A stretch of DNA of 64,000 nucleotides from Alloprevotella sp. GTDB lineage: Bacteria > Bacillota > Clostridia > Christensenellales > Aristaeellaceae. The notes under the pieces were generated by a model that was not told the origin of the DNA, did not search any database, and saw only the letters and a program-made list of their open reading frames with translations. This document shows positions 45,414 through 55,232 of the stretch, piece after piece. The stretch lies in NCBI GenBank assembly GCA_963617205.1, contig CAVEOA010000002.1, forward strand, positions 22,289 through 86,288. The letters run 5' to 3'. The position numbers and the translations under genes are program-made. How positions within the stretch are numbered: the first letter of the stretch is position 1; the number at the start of each line of letters is the position of its first letter.

Positions 45414-45442
45414 TTGACTTTGCACGATGCCAAGCGTATAAT
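45414..45442 (+). promoter_or_regulatory. Sigma-A promoter of the alpha-galactosidase gene
   Basis: TTGACT (45414-45419), a 17-nt spacer, then TATAAT (45437-45442). Confidence 0.65.
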
Positions 45443-45474
45443 AACCGCAAAGAAATTCGAGAAAGGATTCAGCC

Positions 45475-47634
45475 ATGATCGAGTATTTGCCAGAAAAAAA
45501 GCTGTTTCATCTGCACAACGCATATCTCTCCTGCATCATGAATCTTCTGGAGGATGACCTCGGCAAGCAGGAAGTCATCATGTCCTATTTTGGCGCACCG
45601 ATAATCGACCCGACCGTCAGCTTCAAGCTGCTGCACACCAATAACGGCGTCAGTTTTGATTCCAAGCGCCAGTTTCTCACCTATGTTTGTCCTACCAGCG
45701 GCCGTGGCGATTACCGCACGGTGATGGCAACCGTAAGGGAAAAATCAGGTCAATGCTGCACGGAGCTGTTTTATTGCAGGCATACCATCACCTCGGGGAA
45801 GCCCGTGCTGCCCGGTCTTCCGGCAACCTATACGGAATCTGACGACGAAGCGGAAACCCTGCGTTTGTTGCTTCACGATGACAAGACCGGCTTTGAAGCG
45901 GAGCTTTGCTATACGCTCTATGCCGATCGCCCCATTCTGACCTCCAGCGTGTGTTATCGCAACACGGGTGCTGAGGAGCTGACGCTGCTCTCCGCCGACA
46001 GCTTCTGCCTTTCCCTGCACGGCGAGTGGAATATGCTGCATCTGCCCGGCGCATGGGCGCGTGAGCGCACCATCGAATGCATGCCGGCAGGTCATATGAC
46101 GCGCACAATTTCCTCCACGCGAGGTGCATCAGGGGCGGAGCACAATCCCTTTGTCGCATTGATTGCAGAGGACACCACGGAATTTCACGGCGAATGCATC
46201 GGCGTCAATCTGGTATACAGCGGCAACTTTGAAATGCTTGTCTCTGAAAACGCCTATAACACGACGCGGCTGCTGGCAGGGCTGAACCGTGATACGCTTG
46301 AATGGCACCTGAAGCCCAATGATACCCTGCAAACGCCGGAAGCCGTATGTTGCTATTCGGGCAGCGGTCTTAACGCCATGAGTCAGGCGTTGCATGACCT
46401 GTATCGCACTCGGCTGTGCCGCGGTTACTGGCGCGATCGTGAACGCCCTGTTTTAATCAACAACTGGGAAGCCACTTATTTCGATTTTGACCATGATAGA
46501 ATCATGCAAATCGCGAAGACGGCTGCCGATGTCGGCGTGGAGCTGTTTGTGCTGGATGACGGCTGGTTTGGGCGCCGGGATACCGACAACTGCTCACTGG
46601 GCGACTGGGTGCCCGATTTGCGCAAATTCCCGAACGGTCTGAAGGGGCTGGTTGAAGACATCAATCGGCTTGGTCTGCAATTCGGATTATGGTTTGAGCC
46701 GGAGATGGTTTCGCCCGACAGCGACCTGTATCGTGCGCATCCTGACTGGTGCCTGCACGCCGAGGGTCGCCGCCGTACCGAAGCGCGAAATCAGTTGATA
46801 CTCGATATGAGCCGTCCTGAAGTGCAGGAATATCTCATCAAATCTGTGACCGACGTGCTGTCCTCTGCGCCCATCAGCTATCTCAAATGGGACATGAACC
46901 GCAACTTCCTGGAAGCAGGCTCTGCCCTGCTGAATGATGGTCGGCAAGGCGAATTGGCGCATCGCTATATGCTTGGCCTGTATCATGTGCTTGATGTGAT
47001 TACAAAATCATTTCCGCACGTGCTGTTTGAAAGCTGCTCCGGCGGCGGCGGACGCTTTGATGCAGGCATGCTGTTTTATATGCCGCAAACATGGACGAGC
47101 GACGACACCGATGCGATGGAGCGCCTGTATATCCAGTACGGAACGAGCATGTGCTATCCCTGCTCTGCAATGGGCGCGCACGTTTCTGCCGTGCCGAATC
47201 ATCAGGTCGGACGAATCACACCGATGCGTACCCGCGGCGATGTGGCGCTGTCCGGCAATTTCGGCTATGAGCTTGACCTGAGCGCGCAGACCCCCGAAGA
47301 CCTGAATGAAATCCGCCGGCAGATTCAGCAGGTGAAAGCCCTTCGTTCCACCACGGAAAAGGGAACGTTTACGCGGCTTCTGTCCCCATGGAAGGGCAAT
47401 ATCACTGCATGGCAGTTCGTGGATGAAAAGCGGATCATTGTCTGCGCCTATCGGATGCTGGCAAAGGCGAATCCGGATAAGCCCATCCTCAAGCTCCGCA
47501 ACCTGCCGGAAGGCAAGTTCCGCAGCGAGAACGGAGATATCTACGACGCGACGGACCTGATGCATGCCGGCCTTGCGCCGAGCTTCCCGAACGGCGATTT
47601 TGCTTCCTACGTGGTGGTGCTGGAGAGGCTGTAA
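45475..47634 (+). CDS. GH36 alpha-galactosidase
   Basis: NNWEATYFDFD, FVLDDGWFG, YLKWDMNR and ESCSGGGGRFD motifs. 719 aa. Confidence 0.9.
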   Translation: MIEYLPEKKLFHLHNAYLSCIMNLLEDDLGKQEVIMSYFGAPIIDPTVSFKLLHTNNGVSFDSKRQFLTYVCPTSGRGDYRTVMATVREKSGQCCTELFYCRHTITSGKPVLPGLPATYTESDDEAETLRLLLHDDKTGFEAELCYTLYADRPILTSSVCYRNTGAEELTLLSADSFCLSLHGEWNMLHLPGAWARERTIECMPAGHMTRTISSTRGASGAEHNPFVALIAEDTTEFHGECIGVNLVYSGNFEMLVSENAYNTTRLLAGLNRDTLEWHLKPNDTLQTPEAVCCYSGSGLNAMSQALHDLYRTRLCRGYWRDRERPVLINNWEATYFDFDHDRIMQIAKTAADVGVELFVLDDGWFGRRDTDNCSLGDWVPDLRKFPNGLKGLVEDINRLGLQFGLWFEPEMVSPDSDLYRAHPDWCLHAEGRRRTEARNQLILDMSRPEVQEYLIKSVTDVLSSAPISYLKWDMNRNFLEAGSALLNDGRQGELAHRYMLGLYHVLDVITKSFPHVLFESCSGGGGRFDAGMLFYMPQTWTSDDTDAMERLYIQYGTSMCYPCSAMGAHVSAVPNHQVGRITPMRTRGDVALSGNFGYELDLSAQTPEDLNEIRRQIQQVKALRSTTEKGTFTRLLSPWKGNITAWQFVDEKRIIVCAYRMLAKANPDKPILKLRNLPEGKFRSENGDIYDATDLMHAGLAPSFPNGDFASYVVVLERL

Positions 47635-47860
47635 GGCAGCGCCGCACAATTCGGCAACGCTGAATGTGCCTTTATCCCCATCTGCGAGAGTCGTCTCAAA
47701 TCAGCAAGGATTTCCTGATTGAATAATGTACCCCCATCAAAAAACGGCGCGGATGTTCAACCAGCTTGGTCGATATCCGTGCCGTATTTGATTTGAAAAA
47801 ATGTTTTGAGACAGCCGCTTTTCCTTTTATCGCGCCGCCGGATTGTGCGGCGTTGCCTTA
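47632..47860. mobile_element. MITE-like 229-bp element with 24-bp terminal inverted repeats
   Basis: TAAGGCAGCGCCGCACAATTCGGC (47632-47655) matches the reverse complement of 47837-47860, TAAGGCAACGCCGCACAATCCGGC, at 22 of 24 positions. An internal inverted repeat pair GTCTCAAA/TTTGAGAC is present. TA lies at both outer ends. No ORF. Confidence 0.4.
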
Positions 47861-47880
47861 TGGGGGACAGCGCTTAGGCA

Positions 47881-48624
47881 TCAGTCCTTGCCGCTTTTCT
47901 TGCAGCGAACGTATTCCGCAAAATCCATCATGTGCAGGCGGTCGATGTACCCTGCATCCGCAAGCATCGTCCGCCCGATGTAGTTCGCAGGGCGCTTTTC
48001 CGAGCGCGTGCCGGTCACGATGCGGTAGAGCATGTGCTCCATCGTGGCATAGAACGGCTCCACAAGCTCCTCATCCCTGCTGCAGCACCAGTACAGCACC
48101 GTGCCGCGCGTCACGATGAGAATATCCTTCTTGAGGTTTTTCAGCACCTTCTCATCATCCATGGGCGTCTTGAAGTGCGTCTGAATGTACCCGTTCGCCA
48201 TGGCGTAATCCAGCACAGGAAACAGGTAGCTGTCATACAGCTCGGCAAAGAGATCCGCAGCGTTTTCGCCGCTGAGATAGATGGTGCGGACGTACTCCTT
48301 GCCCAGCGTTTCGCAAAAGCAGGCAAGCACAATGCCATACCACATCGCCTGATGCAGATAGTCGCCCTGATCGATTTCCGGTGGACAGGGATTGTCGCGC
48401 AGATTGCGATGAAACAGGCGCTTGCCGCAGTGAATCAGCACGTTTTCCTTCGTGCCGAAATGATGGTAAAAGGAACCCGATGCCGCGCCCGCAGTTTGGC
48501 AGATATTCCTGACGGTCAGGTATTTGAAATCATACTGGGCGAGCATCTCTTCGGACGCGTCCAGTATTTTCCGCTGCGTTTCCAGGGACTTCAGCTCTCT
48601 TGGAAGAAATTGATCAACAGCCAT
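47881..48624 (-). CDS. TetR-family transcriptional regulator
   Basis: HTH region RKILDASEEMLAQYDFKYLTVRNICQTAGAASGSFYHHFGTKE. ATG 48624 follows aggagaagg. Confidence 0.85.
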   Translation of the reverse strand: MAVDQFLPRELKSLETQRKILDASEEMLAQYDFKYLTVRNICQTAGAASGSFYHHFGTKENVLIHCGKRLFHRNLRDNPCPPEIDQGDYLHQAMWYGIVLACFCETLGKEYVRTIYLSGENAADLFAELYDSYLFPVLDYAMANGYIQTHFKTPMDDEKVLKNLKKDILIVTRGTVLYWCCSRDEELVEPFYATMEHMLYRIVTGTRSEKRPANYIGRTMLADAGYIDRLHMMDFAEYVRCKKSGKD

Positions 48625-48657
48625 TGTCCTTCTCCTGTTCATGATTCTAACACATGA

Positions 48658-48686
48658 ATTAAAACACAAAATACACTTTCTGTCAA
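48658..48686 (-). promoter_or_regulatory. Candidate sigma-A promoter of the TetR gene
   Basis: Minus strand TTGACA (48686-48681), a 17-nt spacer, then TTTAAT (48663-48658). It is followed by the short inverted repeat TTCATG-N9-CATGAA. Confidence 0.4.
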
Positions 48687-48751
48687 CCTGCAAACGCAAA
48701 CTTTTTGAAATCGCCGTGCAATTCAGCCGTCAATCCGAATGGCACGGTTGA

Positions 48752-50470
48752 TTAATAGCGCACGATGCTTTCTCCCGTTTCTCGGTTTCTGGCGAATCGG
48801 CGGCAAAATTCCCATGAAAGCTCCGCCATCTGCGGCATAATCATGTGCGGCGTGTTCTCGATGGCGGCGTAGCGGAACGTGTTCGTGCCGTCCTGATTGA
48901 AATAGTCGGAGATATACACCTCGTCGCCCATGAGGAACCGCACCTCCGTCCGGTCGGCTGGCACGCCGTTCATGCGCGTGGCATAATCCGGCGACTGCTG
49001 CGCATCGAGGATTTCCTTCTCCGTATACGGATGCAGCCGCCACGCGGACATGCGATTCTGAAAATACTGCACATCCTCCGCCGTTTTTTCCGCGCTCCGA
49101 TCCGCCTTTCGGTATGAATTTTCCAGACTGCCGTTCACAACAATGTCCGGATAGGTATATTGACGGAACGATTCAATCAGCTCATCCGCACGCGACAGGT
49201 AGTAATCAATCACCGCGCCCGACTGTAACCCGACCTGGTCGCACAGCTGCGCACAGGCGGCAATCAGCTTCGGATGGCGGCGGTAGAACTCCAGCGCGTA
49301 ATGTCCGTTGTGGCTCTGTCCGGTCAGGTAGATTCTGGTCGGGTCAACAGGATACTGCTCGCATACCCGTTCGATGATGCCGGGGAGCACCTCGTCGTTA
49401 TCCTCCGGTGTTTCCAGCGCAAAGAACAGCATCATGAACTGCCCCTGCGCGCACAGCTCAATGAAGTCATAGTAAAACTGAAAGGCTGTCTGCGTAGACG
49501 CCTTGCACGCCGTACGCGCCTCCTTCATGACGACAAACAGCGGAAGCTTTTCCTCCGGCGTATCCGCCTTTCCGGTCGGCGTCAGCGTAATATACCAATC
49601 GCCGTCACGGTCATGATCCTCATAGCGAATGCCCCGCTCCCGCCAGAATGCCTGCATCTCCGGCGTATAGGCATCCTGCGAATCCACCTCAAGGCGCATC
49701 CCTTCCGCCTGCCGCTTTGCCGCCATGGTGCGGATATGCCGGTCAAAATCCCAGTGCCAGCGCTGCTCATCATGGCGGTAAATCTCGCTGATGTTGTGCT
49801 GATGCGCCTGCTTCATATCCAGCTTGTCCGTAATATCGACAACCATCCGACCGGCGAACAGGAACGGTTCTCGCCATTGCACCGGATTCAGACCCGGCAC
49901 ATCCGCCAGCGTCAGACCATGGCGAATCAGTGCGCTGATATCCAGCAGAATCGGCTTGTAAGGAATGCGGAAGGTGCCCTGCGATTCAATCACCTTCTCA
50001 ATCATCGCGCCGTGAAAGCTTGCCCGGCAATCAGCAAACTGCACGAGAATGTTGTCCCTTGCAGCCTGCTCCAGCAATTCGGCATTATCCGCGATGAGGT
50101 TCATGCCCTCCTTCGCGTCGTTCGATGCGGCATAGGGGATGTACAGCACCGGTGCATCCTTCACCCGATGCTCCCTGAGCGCACGCGGCGCCATCACCTC
50201 CCCCATCATGCCGGCGCAGGAAAAGCACATGCCTTTTTCTTCCCACTCCTTCACGTAATCCGGGAAATACGGCATACGGTTGACCGCATCCGTCACGAGA
50301 TCCGTCCGGTCAGGGAAATGATCCGGATGCTTCTCCTGTTCCAACAGCTCCTGCAGCTTCAGGAACAACGGTCCGGCAGCGTTCATGCACCCGCGGTACG
50401 TTTCATCCTGCCAGAGGAACATATCCGGATACGTGTAGTCCTTGTTGTAATACGGCATCCTCTGCTTCAC
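48752..50470 (-). CDS. Two-part protein: unassigned about 330-aa N-region plus alpha/beta-hydrolase esterase-like C-region
   Basis: The C-part has the nucleophile elbow IYLTGQSHNGHYALE (GxSxG). I could not assign the N-part. Confidence 0.5.
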   Translation of the reverse strand: MKQRMPYYNKDYTYPDMFLWQDETYRGCMNAAGPLFLKLQELLEQEKHPDHFPDRTDLVTDAVNRMPYFPDYVKEWEEKGMCFSCAGMMGEVMAPRALREHRVKDAPVLYIPYAASNDAKEGMNLIADNAELLEQAARDNILVQFADCRASFHGAMIEKVIESQGTFRIPYKPILLDISALIRHGLTLADVPGLNPVQWREPFLFAGRMVVDITDKLDMKQAHQHNISEIYRHDEQRWHWDFDRHIRTMAAKRQAEGMRLEVDSQDAYTPEMQAFWRERGIRYEDHDRDGDWYITLTPTGKADTPEEKLPLFVVMKEARTACKASTQTAFQFYYDFIELCAQGQFMMLFFALETPEDNDEVLPGIIERVCEQYPVDPTRIYLTGQSHNGHYALEFYRRHPKLIAACAQLCDQVGLQSGAVIDYYLSRADELIESFRQYTYPDIVVNGSLENSYRKADRSAEKTAEDVQYFQNRMSAWRLHPYTEKEILDAQQSPDYATRMNGVPADRTEVRFLMGDEVYISDYFNQDGTNTFRYAAIENTPHMIMPQMAELSWEFCRRFARNRETGESIVRY

Positions 50471-51369
50471 CTGCCTTCAATCGTTCCGATATACAGCTCG
50501 CTGTCGGTGCACCGCAAATGATTCTGATATTCACGCGTGCCGTACAATGCATCGCGAAAGTTCACAAGCTCAATCCTGTGCGCCTTCACCCAATCGCGCA
50601 GCACAGGCGACGTCAGCGCGGCGACATCCTGCGTGCGGATGGCTGTAAACAGCTTGGCTCGAGGGGATTGTTCGCCCTCCTTGTATACAAAGAAATCCAC
50701 ATAGCCGGGATGCCAGCTCTGCTCGACAATGCAGTCATCCGGCAAATCGAGCAGATGATCCGGATCCTCCGTGTAATATTTCACGGGGTCATAGTTTTCA
50801 AACTGCGCCGAGATGGAATCCGTTTCCAGCGCGCCATAGGCATTCACGGGAGAAGGAACAAAAATATTCAAGTGCGCCCACTTGTCCAGCGGCTTGTCGA
50901 CGGCGCCGCGCCCTTCCTTCCGTGCGAATTGATACGCGATGCCGTATTCGTCGCAAACCCGCTTCTGCACCCGATTAAACACGGTTTCCTTTTGCCCGAT
51001 ATTCGTCGTATCAGGCGCACGGCCGGCAATCAGGACGCAGCGGCGAATCTGCGATTGCATTTCCGCGTACAGCTCATCCTCATCAATGTCGTCGGCGTTC
51101 TGAATATCATGCCGAAAGCGGTTTGTGCCGGGAATAACCAGCGATTTCACCTCTACGGCCGGCAGGACAGGGCTGCACCAGAAATGCGTGTGCCACCCCA
51201 GCGAAATCCACGGCCGCTGCTTCAAATATTCCAGCGCATCCTCCGTGCCGGGCGATTCCAGCATCACGTCCGCGGCAGTCACCATGCCGTGGTCAATCGC
51301 TTCCCATGTGCCAAGATTGTGGATTTTTGTGTAGCCGACATCGTCCGCGCGGATAATCATCTTCTTCAT
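50467..51369 (-). CDS. ChbG/YdjC-family carbohydrate deacetylase
   Basis: MKKMIIRADDVGYT...LGWHTHF, the YdjC pattern. Its stop overlaps the next gene's start by 4 nt. Confidence 0.7.
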   Translation of the reverse strand: MKKMIIRADDVGYTKIHNLGTWEAIDHGMVTAADVMLESPGTEDALEYLKQRPWISLGWHTHFWCSPVLPAVEVKSLVIPGTNRFRHDIQNADDIDEDELYAEMQSQIRRCVLIAGRAPDTTNIGQKETVFNRVQKRVCDEYGIAYQFARKEGRGAVDKPLDKWAHLNIFVPSPVNAYGALETDSISAQFENYDPVKYYTEDPDHLLDLPDDCIVEQSWHPGYVDFFVYKEGEQSPRAKLFTAIRTQDVAALTSPVLRDWVKAHRIELVNFRDALYGTREYQNHLRCTDSELYIGTIEGR

Positions 51370-51381
51370 GGCAGTTTCTCC

Positions 51382-52341
51382 TTACAGGTTATTGAGTTCC
51401 TTGCAGCGATGGCAGGCGACAAAGTGTCCGGGCAGCACCTCTTCCAGCTGCTGCGGCTCGCTGCAGGCAGGCGTCGCATACGGGCAGCGCGCAGCAAAGC
51501 GACAGCCGGGCTTCGGGTTGACGGGTGAAGTAATTTCGCCCTTCAGGATGATGCGCTGACGCGGATGATGAATGTCCGTCGATGGAATGGCGGACAGCAG
51601 CGCCTTCGTGTACGGATGCAGCGGCTTCACAAACAGTTCCTTGCTCTCGCTCGTTTCCACCATCTGTCCCAGATACATCACGCCAATGCTGGAGGAAATG
51701 TGCCGCACAACGCTCAGGTCATGCGTCACGAACATGTACGTCAGCCCGCGCTTCTGCTGTAATTCCTTGAGCAGGTTGAGCACCTGCGCCTGAATCGACA
51801 CGTCCAGCGCCGAAACCGGCTCATCGCAGACGATAAAATCCGGATTAAGCGAAAGCGCGCGCGCAATGCCGACGCGCTGACGGCGTCCGCCGTCCATCTC
51901 ATGCGGATAGGCAAGCCGGAGACGCTCCTCAATGCCGCAGAGCGCCATCAGCTTTGTGACCTCCTCATCGATTTGCGATTTGGTGTACTTCCTCGTCAGC
52001 AGCAGCGGCTCACGAATCGTCTGTTCAACCGTCTGGCGCGGATTCAACGACGAGTACGGGTCCTGAAACACAATCTGCATATGCGTGCGCAGCTCCTTCA
52101 GCTCGCGCCTGCCGATGTGCGTCACATCCTTGCCGTTGTAGAAAATCTGGCCGTCAGTCGGCTCATGCATGTGGATGATGGTGCGCCCCAATGTCGACTT
52201 GCCGCAGCCGGATTCGCCCACGATGCCCATCGTCTTGCCCTTTTCGATTTTGAAGGAGACATCGTCCGTCGCATGAAGAAAGCCATTGCGAACCTTGAAG
52301 TACTTTTTGAGATGCTTGACCTCAATGCAGGGATTTTCCAT
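51382..52341 (-). CDS. Opp/Dpp-type ABC transporter ATP-binding protein (OppF-like)
   Basis: Walker A GESGCGKST, signature SGGQ-like region, Walker B FIVCDEP, and a C-terminal Cys-rich oligopeptide-type extension. Confidence 0.85.
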   Translation of the reverse strand: MENPCIEVKHLKKYFKVRNGFLHATDDVSFKIEKGKTMGIVGESGCGKSTLGRTIIHMHEPTDGQIFYNGKDVTHIGRRELKELRTHMQIVFQDPYSSLNPRQTVEQTIREPLLLTRKYTKSQIDEEVTKLMALCGIEERLRLAYPHEMDGGRRQRVGIARALSLNPDFIVCDEPVSALDVSIQAQVLNLLKELQQKRGLTYMFVTHDLSVVRHISSSIGVMYLGQMVETSESKELFVKPLHPYTKALLSAIPSTDIHHPRQRIILKGEITSPVNPKPGCRFAARCPYATPACSEPQQLEEVLPGHFVACHRCKELNNL

Positions 52342-52342
52342 C

Positions 52343-53329
52343 TCAGGACTCCTTCCCTGCTCTCAGGCACCGGCAGAAGTGACCGGGAGCAATTTCATTA
52401 TTCGGCATTTGACCATGCCTGCATGCATCGCAGACATGCGGGCATCTCGGCGAAAAGGCACACCCTTCCGGCAGCTTTGTCGGATCCGGCGGCAGTCCTT
52501 CAATCGGATGCAGCCATTCATCCTCGCCGTCCAGCGCCGGAATTGCGCCGAAAAGCCCGATGGTATACGGATGCGTCGGATGATCGAAAATATCTGTCAG
52601 AGACCCGCTTTCAATGATTTCACCGGCATACACCACCGCCACCTTGTCGCACGTCTGCGCCACAACGCCCAAATCATGGGTGATGAGAATCATTGCGGTA
52701 TTGTTCTTGTTCTTCAGCGCCGTAATCATGTCCAGCACCTGCGCCTGAATGGTCACGTCAAGCGCCGTCGTCGGCTCATCCGCCAGGAGCAGATCCGGAC
52801 TGCATGCCAGCGCCATCGCGATCACAACGCGCTGCTTCATGCCGCCGGAAAACTGGTGCGGATATTCGTCGTACCGCGCCGCAGGGATGCCGACCATTTC
52901 CAGCATATTCTCCGCTTTTTTCCGTGCCTCCGCCTTCGAGCAGCTTTCATGCAGGCTGATTACCTCGCTGATCTGATCGCCGATGCGGATGACGGGATTC
53001 AGTGCCGTCATCGGGTCCTGAAAGATCATGGCAATCTTGTCACCGCGAACCTTCAGCATCTCGCTCTCCGGCAGCTCCGTCAGCTTCTGTCCCTCAAAGC
53101 AGATGCTGCCGCCGATTACCCTCGCAGGCGGTTTGGGCAGAATGCCCAGAATCGCCTTGGCAATGGTTGTCTTGCCGGCTCCTGTTTCGCCGACCAAGCC
53201 CAGCGTTTCACCCTTCTCCAGCGTGAAAGAAACATGATTGACCGCCTTCGTGTCAACCTTGCTGACCGTATAATACACGGTCAAATCCTTGACTTCAAGG
53301 AAATGCGCCTGATTGTCCATCTCTTTCAC
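52343..53329 (-). CDS. Opp/Dpp-type ABC transporter ATP-binding protein (OppD-like)
   Basis: GETGAGKTT, FSGGMKQRV and LLLADEPTTALD. Confidence 0.85.
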   Translation of the reverse strand: MKEMDNQAHFLEVKDLTVYYTVSKVDTKAVNHVSFTLEKGETLGLVGETGAGKTTIAKAILGILPKPPARVIGGSICFEGQKLTELPESEMLKVRGDKIAMIFQDPMTALNPVIRIGDQISEVISLHESCSKAEARKKAENMLEMVGIPAARYDEYPHQFSGGMKQRVVIAMALACSPDLLLADEPTTALDVTIQAQVLDMITALKNKNNTAMILITHDLGVVAQTCDKVAVVYAGEIIESGSLTDIFDHPTHPYTIGLFGAIPALDGEDEWLHPIEGLPPDPTKLPEGCAFSPRCPHVCDACRHGQMPNNEIAPGHFCRCLRAGKES

Positions 53330-53335
53330 ACCTTC

Positions 53336-54196
53336 TTACTTCTTCAGCCTCGGATCCATCGCGTCGCGCAGCCCATCGCCCATGGTGCAGGTGGCAAAGC
53401 TGAGGATGCCGATGGCAAGGCCAGGATAAATCAGCAAATAGGGATACAGCGTAAAGTAATTCTTGCCCTCATTCAGCAGCGCCCCCCACTCTGGAATCGG
53501 CGCCTGAATGCCCAGTCCAAGGAAGGACAGCGATGCCGCCTGCATGATGGTGCCGCCGATGCCCATCGTGCAGCCGACCAGAATCGGTCCGAACGTGTTG
53601 GGCAGAATGTGCTTGAAGATGATGCGGACGTTGGAGCAGTTGATGGAGCCTGCCGCCTCGATATAATCGCAGTTGCGAATCTGTAAAATCAGGCTTCGCA
53701 GCATGCGCGCCGTGCCCGGAATACCCGCAATGGACAGGGCGATGACGGTGTTCACCACGCCTGGACCGAGCGCGGTCGAAATGACCATCGCCAGCAGGAT
53801 GCCGGGAATTGCCTGAATGACGTCCAGTATGCGCATGACAATATTGTCCGCCGTCTGCCCGAAGAATCCGGCAATCGCGCCCAGCACAAGCCCGATGGCT
53901 GTACCGATGATGGTCGCGGCAATGCCCATGAAGATGGAATATCGTCCGCCGTAGAGGATTCGGCTGAACAGGTCGCGCCCGAACTTGTCCGTGCCGAAGA
54001 GATGCTCTGCGGAGGGCGCCTGAAAGGTCTCGGTGGACATGGTGGCATAGTCATATTTGCAGATATAGGGAGCCAGCAGCGCCAGCACCACGAAAATCAC
54101 AAAGATGGTCATGCCAATGACGGAAAGCGGATTTTTGATGAACCGCTTGAAAACTTCCAATCCCTGACTGGTTTTTCTTGCCTTCGTCTGATTCAT
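53336..54196 (-). CDS. Opp/Dpp-type ABC permease (OppC-like)
   Basis: 6 TM segments and the DppC-like N-terminus. ATG 54196 follows aggaggcggag. Confidence 0.8.
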   Translation of the reverse strand: MNQTKARKTSQGLEVFKRFIKNPLSVIGMTIFVIFVVLALLAPYICKYDYATMSTETFQAPSAEHLFGTDKFGRDLFSRILYGGRYSIFMGIAATIIGTAIGLVLGAIAGFFGQTADNIVMRILDVIQAIPGILLAMVISTALGPGVVNTVIALSIAGIPGTARMLRSLILQIRNCDYIEAAGSINCSNVRIIFKHILPNTFGPILVGCTMGIGGTIMQAASLSFLGLGIQAPIPEWGALLNEGKNYFTLYPYLLIYPGLAIGILSFATCTMGDGLRDAMDPRLKK

Positions 54197-54209
54197 TTTC
54201 TCCGCCTCC

Positions 54210-55145
54210 TTACTTGCCTGTATACTGCGCCTTGATACGCGGGTCAACAAAGGCATAAATCAGGTCCACCAGCAGCATGACAAAGCTGAATGCAATCGCA
54301 ATCACGACCACGCCGCCGCGAACCGCCGGATAATCAAGGCTTCCGATGGCGTTCGTCATATACAGTCCGATGCCGGGAATCATGAAAATCGTTTCGGTAA
54401 CGACCGTGCCGCCAAGCGAATTGGCAAACGTCGCGCCGAGCGATGTAATCAGCGGAATCAACGCGTTCGGCATCACATGCTTGAAGATGGTGCTGCGGTT
54501 GCTGACGCCCTTTGCGCGCGCGGTCGTCACATAGTCAGAGCGGATGACCTCCAGCACGTCCACGCGGCACTGCCTCGCAATCATCGAAATGCCGACGACC
54601 GAGTTGGATACAATCGGAATCACGTAATTCTTCCATGAGGCGACGCCGAAGGCAGGAAGAATGCGCAGCTGCACGCAAAGCCAGTTAATCAGGATATACG
54701 CCAGCCAGAAGCCGGGCAGCGAAATGCCCACCATGGAGATGACAATCGCCGTGTAATCCTGCCATTTTCCCTGATGCGTTGCGGCAACGATGCCCAGCGG
54801 AATGCCGATCAGCGCCGTCAGCAGAATAGAGCATGCCGCGATAATCAGCGTGCGCGGGAAGCGCTCCAGCAGCTCTGCACCTACGGCAAGCTTCGATTGG
54901 TAGGACGTGCCGAAGTCCAGATGCAGGAACGTATCGGACAGATATTTTCCCAGCTGAACGAGATACGGCTGGTCAAGCCCCATCTCATGGGACAGCGCCG
55001 CCACCTGTTCCTTTGTCGCAGTGGAGCCGAGGATAATCTGCGCCGGGTCGCCGGGAATGAAATACATAATCGAGAAAATCACGATTGCCACGCCCAGCAC
55101 CACAAATGCCATCATTGCCAGGCGCTTCAGGATATATCTCCACAT
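54210..55145 (-). CDS. Opp/Dpp-type ABC permease (OppB-like)
   Basis: MWRYILKRLAMMAFVVLGV and YVTTARAKGV motifs. Confidence 0.85.
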   Translation of the reverse strand: MWRYILKRLAMMAFVVLGVAIVIFSIMYFIPGDPAQIILGSTATKEQVAALSHEMGLDQPYLVQLGKYLSDTFLHLDFGTSYQSKLAVGAELLERFPRTLIIAACSILLTALIGIPLGIVAATHQGKWQDYTAIVISMVGISLPGFWLAYILINWLCVQLRILPAFGVASWKNYVIPIVSNSVVGISMIARQCRVDVLEVIRSDYVTTARAKGVSNRSTIFKHVMPNALIPLITSLGATFANSLGGTVVTETIFMIPGIGLYMTNAIGSLDYPAVRGGVVVIAIAFSFVMLLVDLIYAFVDPRIKAQYTGK

Positions 55146-55232
55146 AGGCTCGCCTTTCGTTACCGTGTCATAAAAGGAAGACGGGGCTGTTGCACAACCT
55201 GCAGCAGCCCCTTTGGGAGGCTCAAAAACCGA

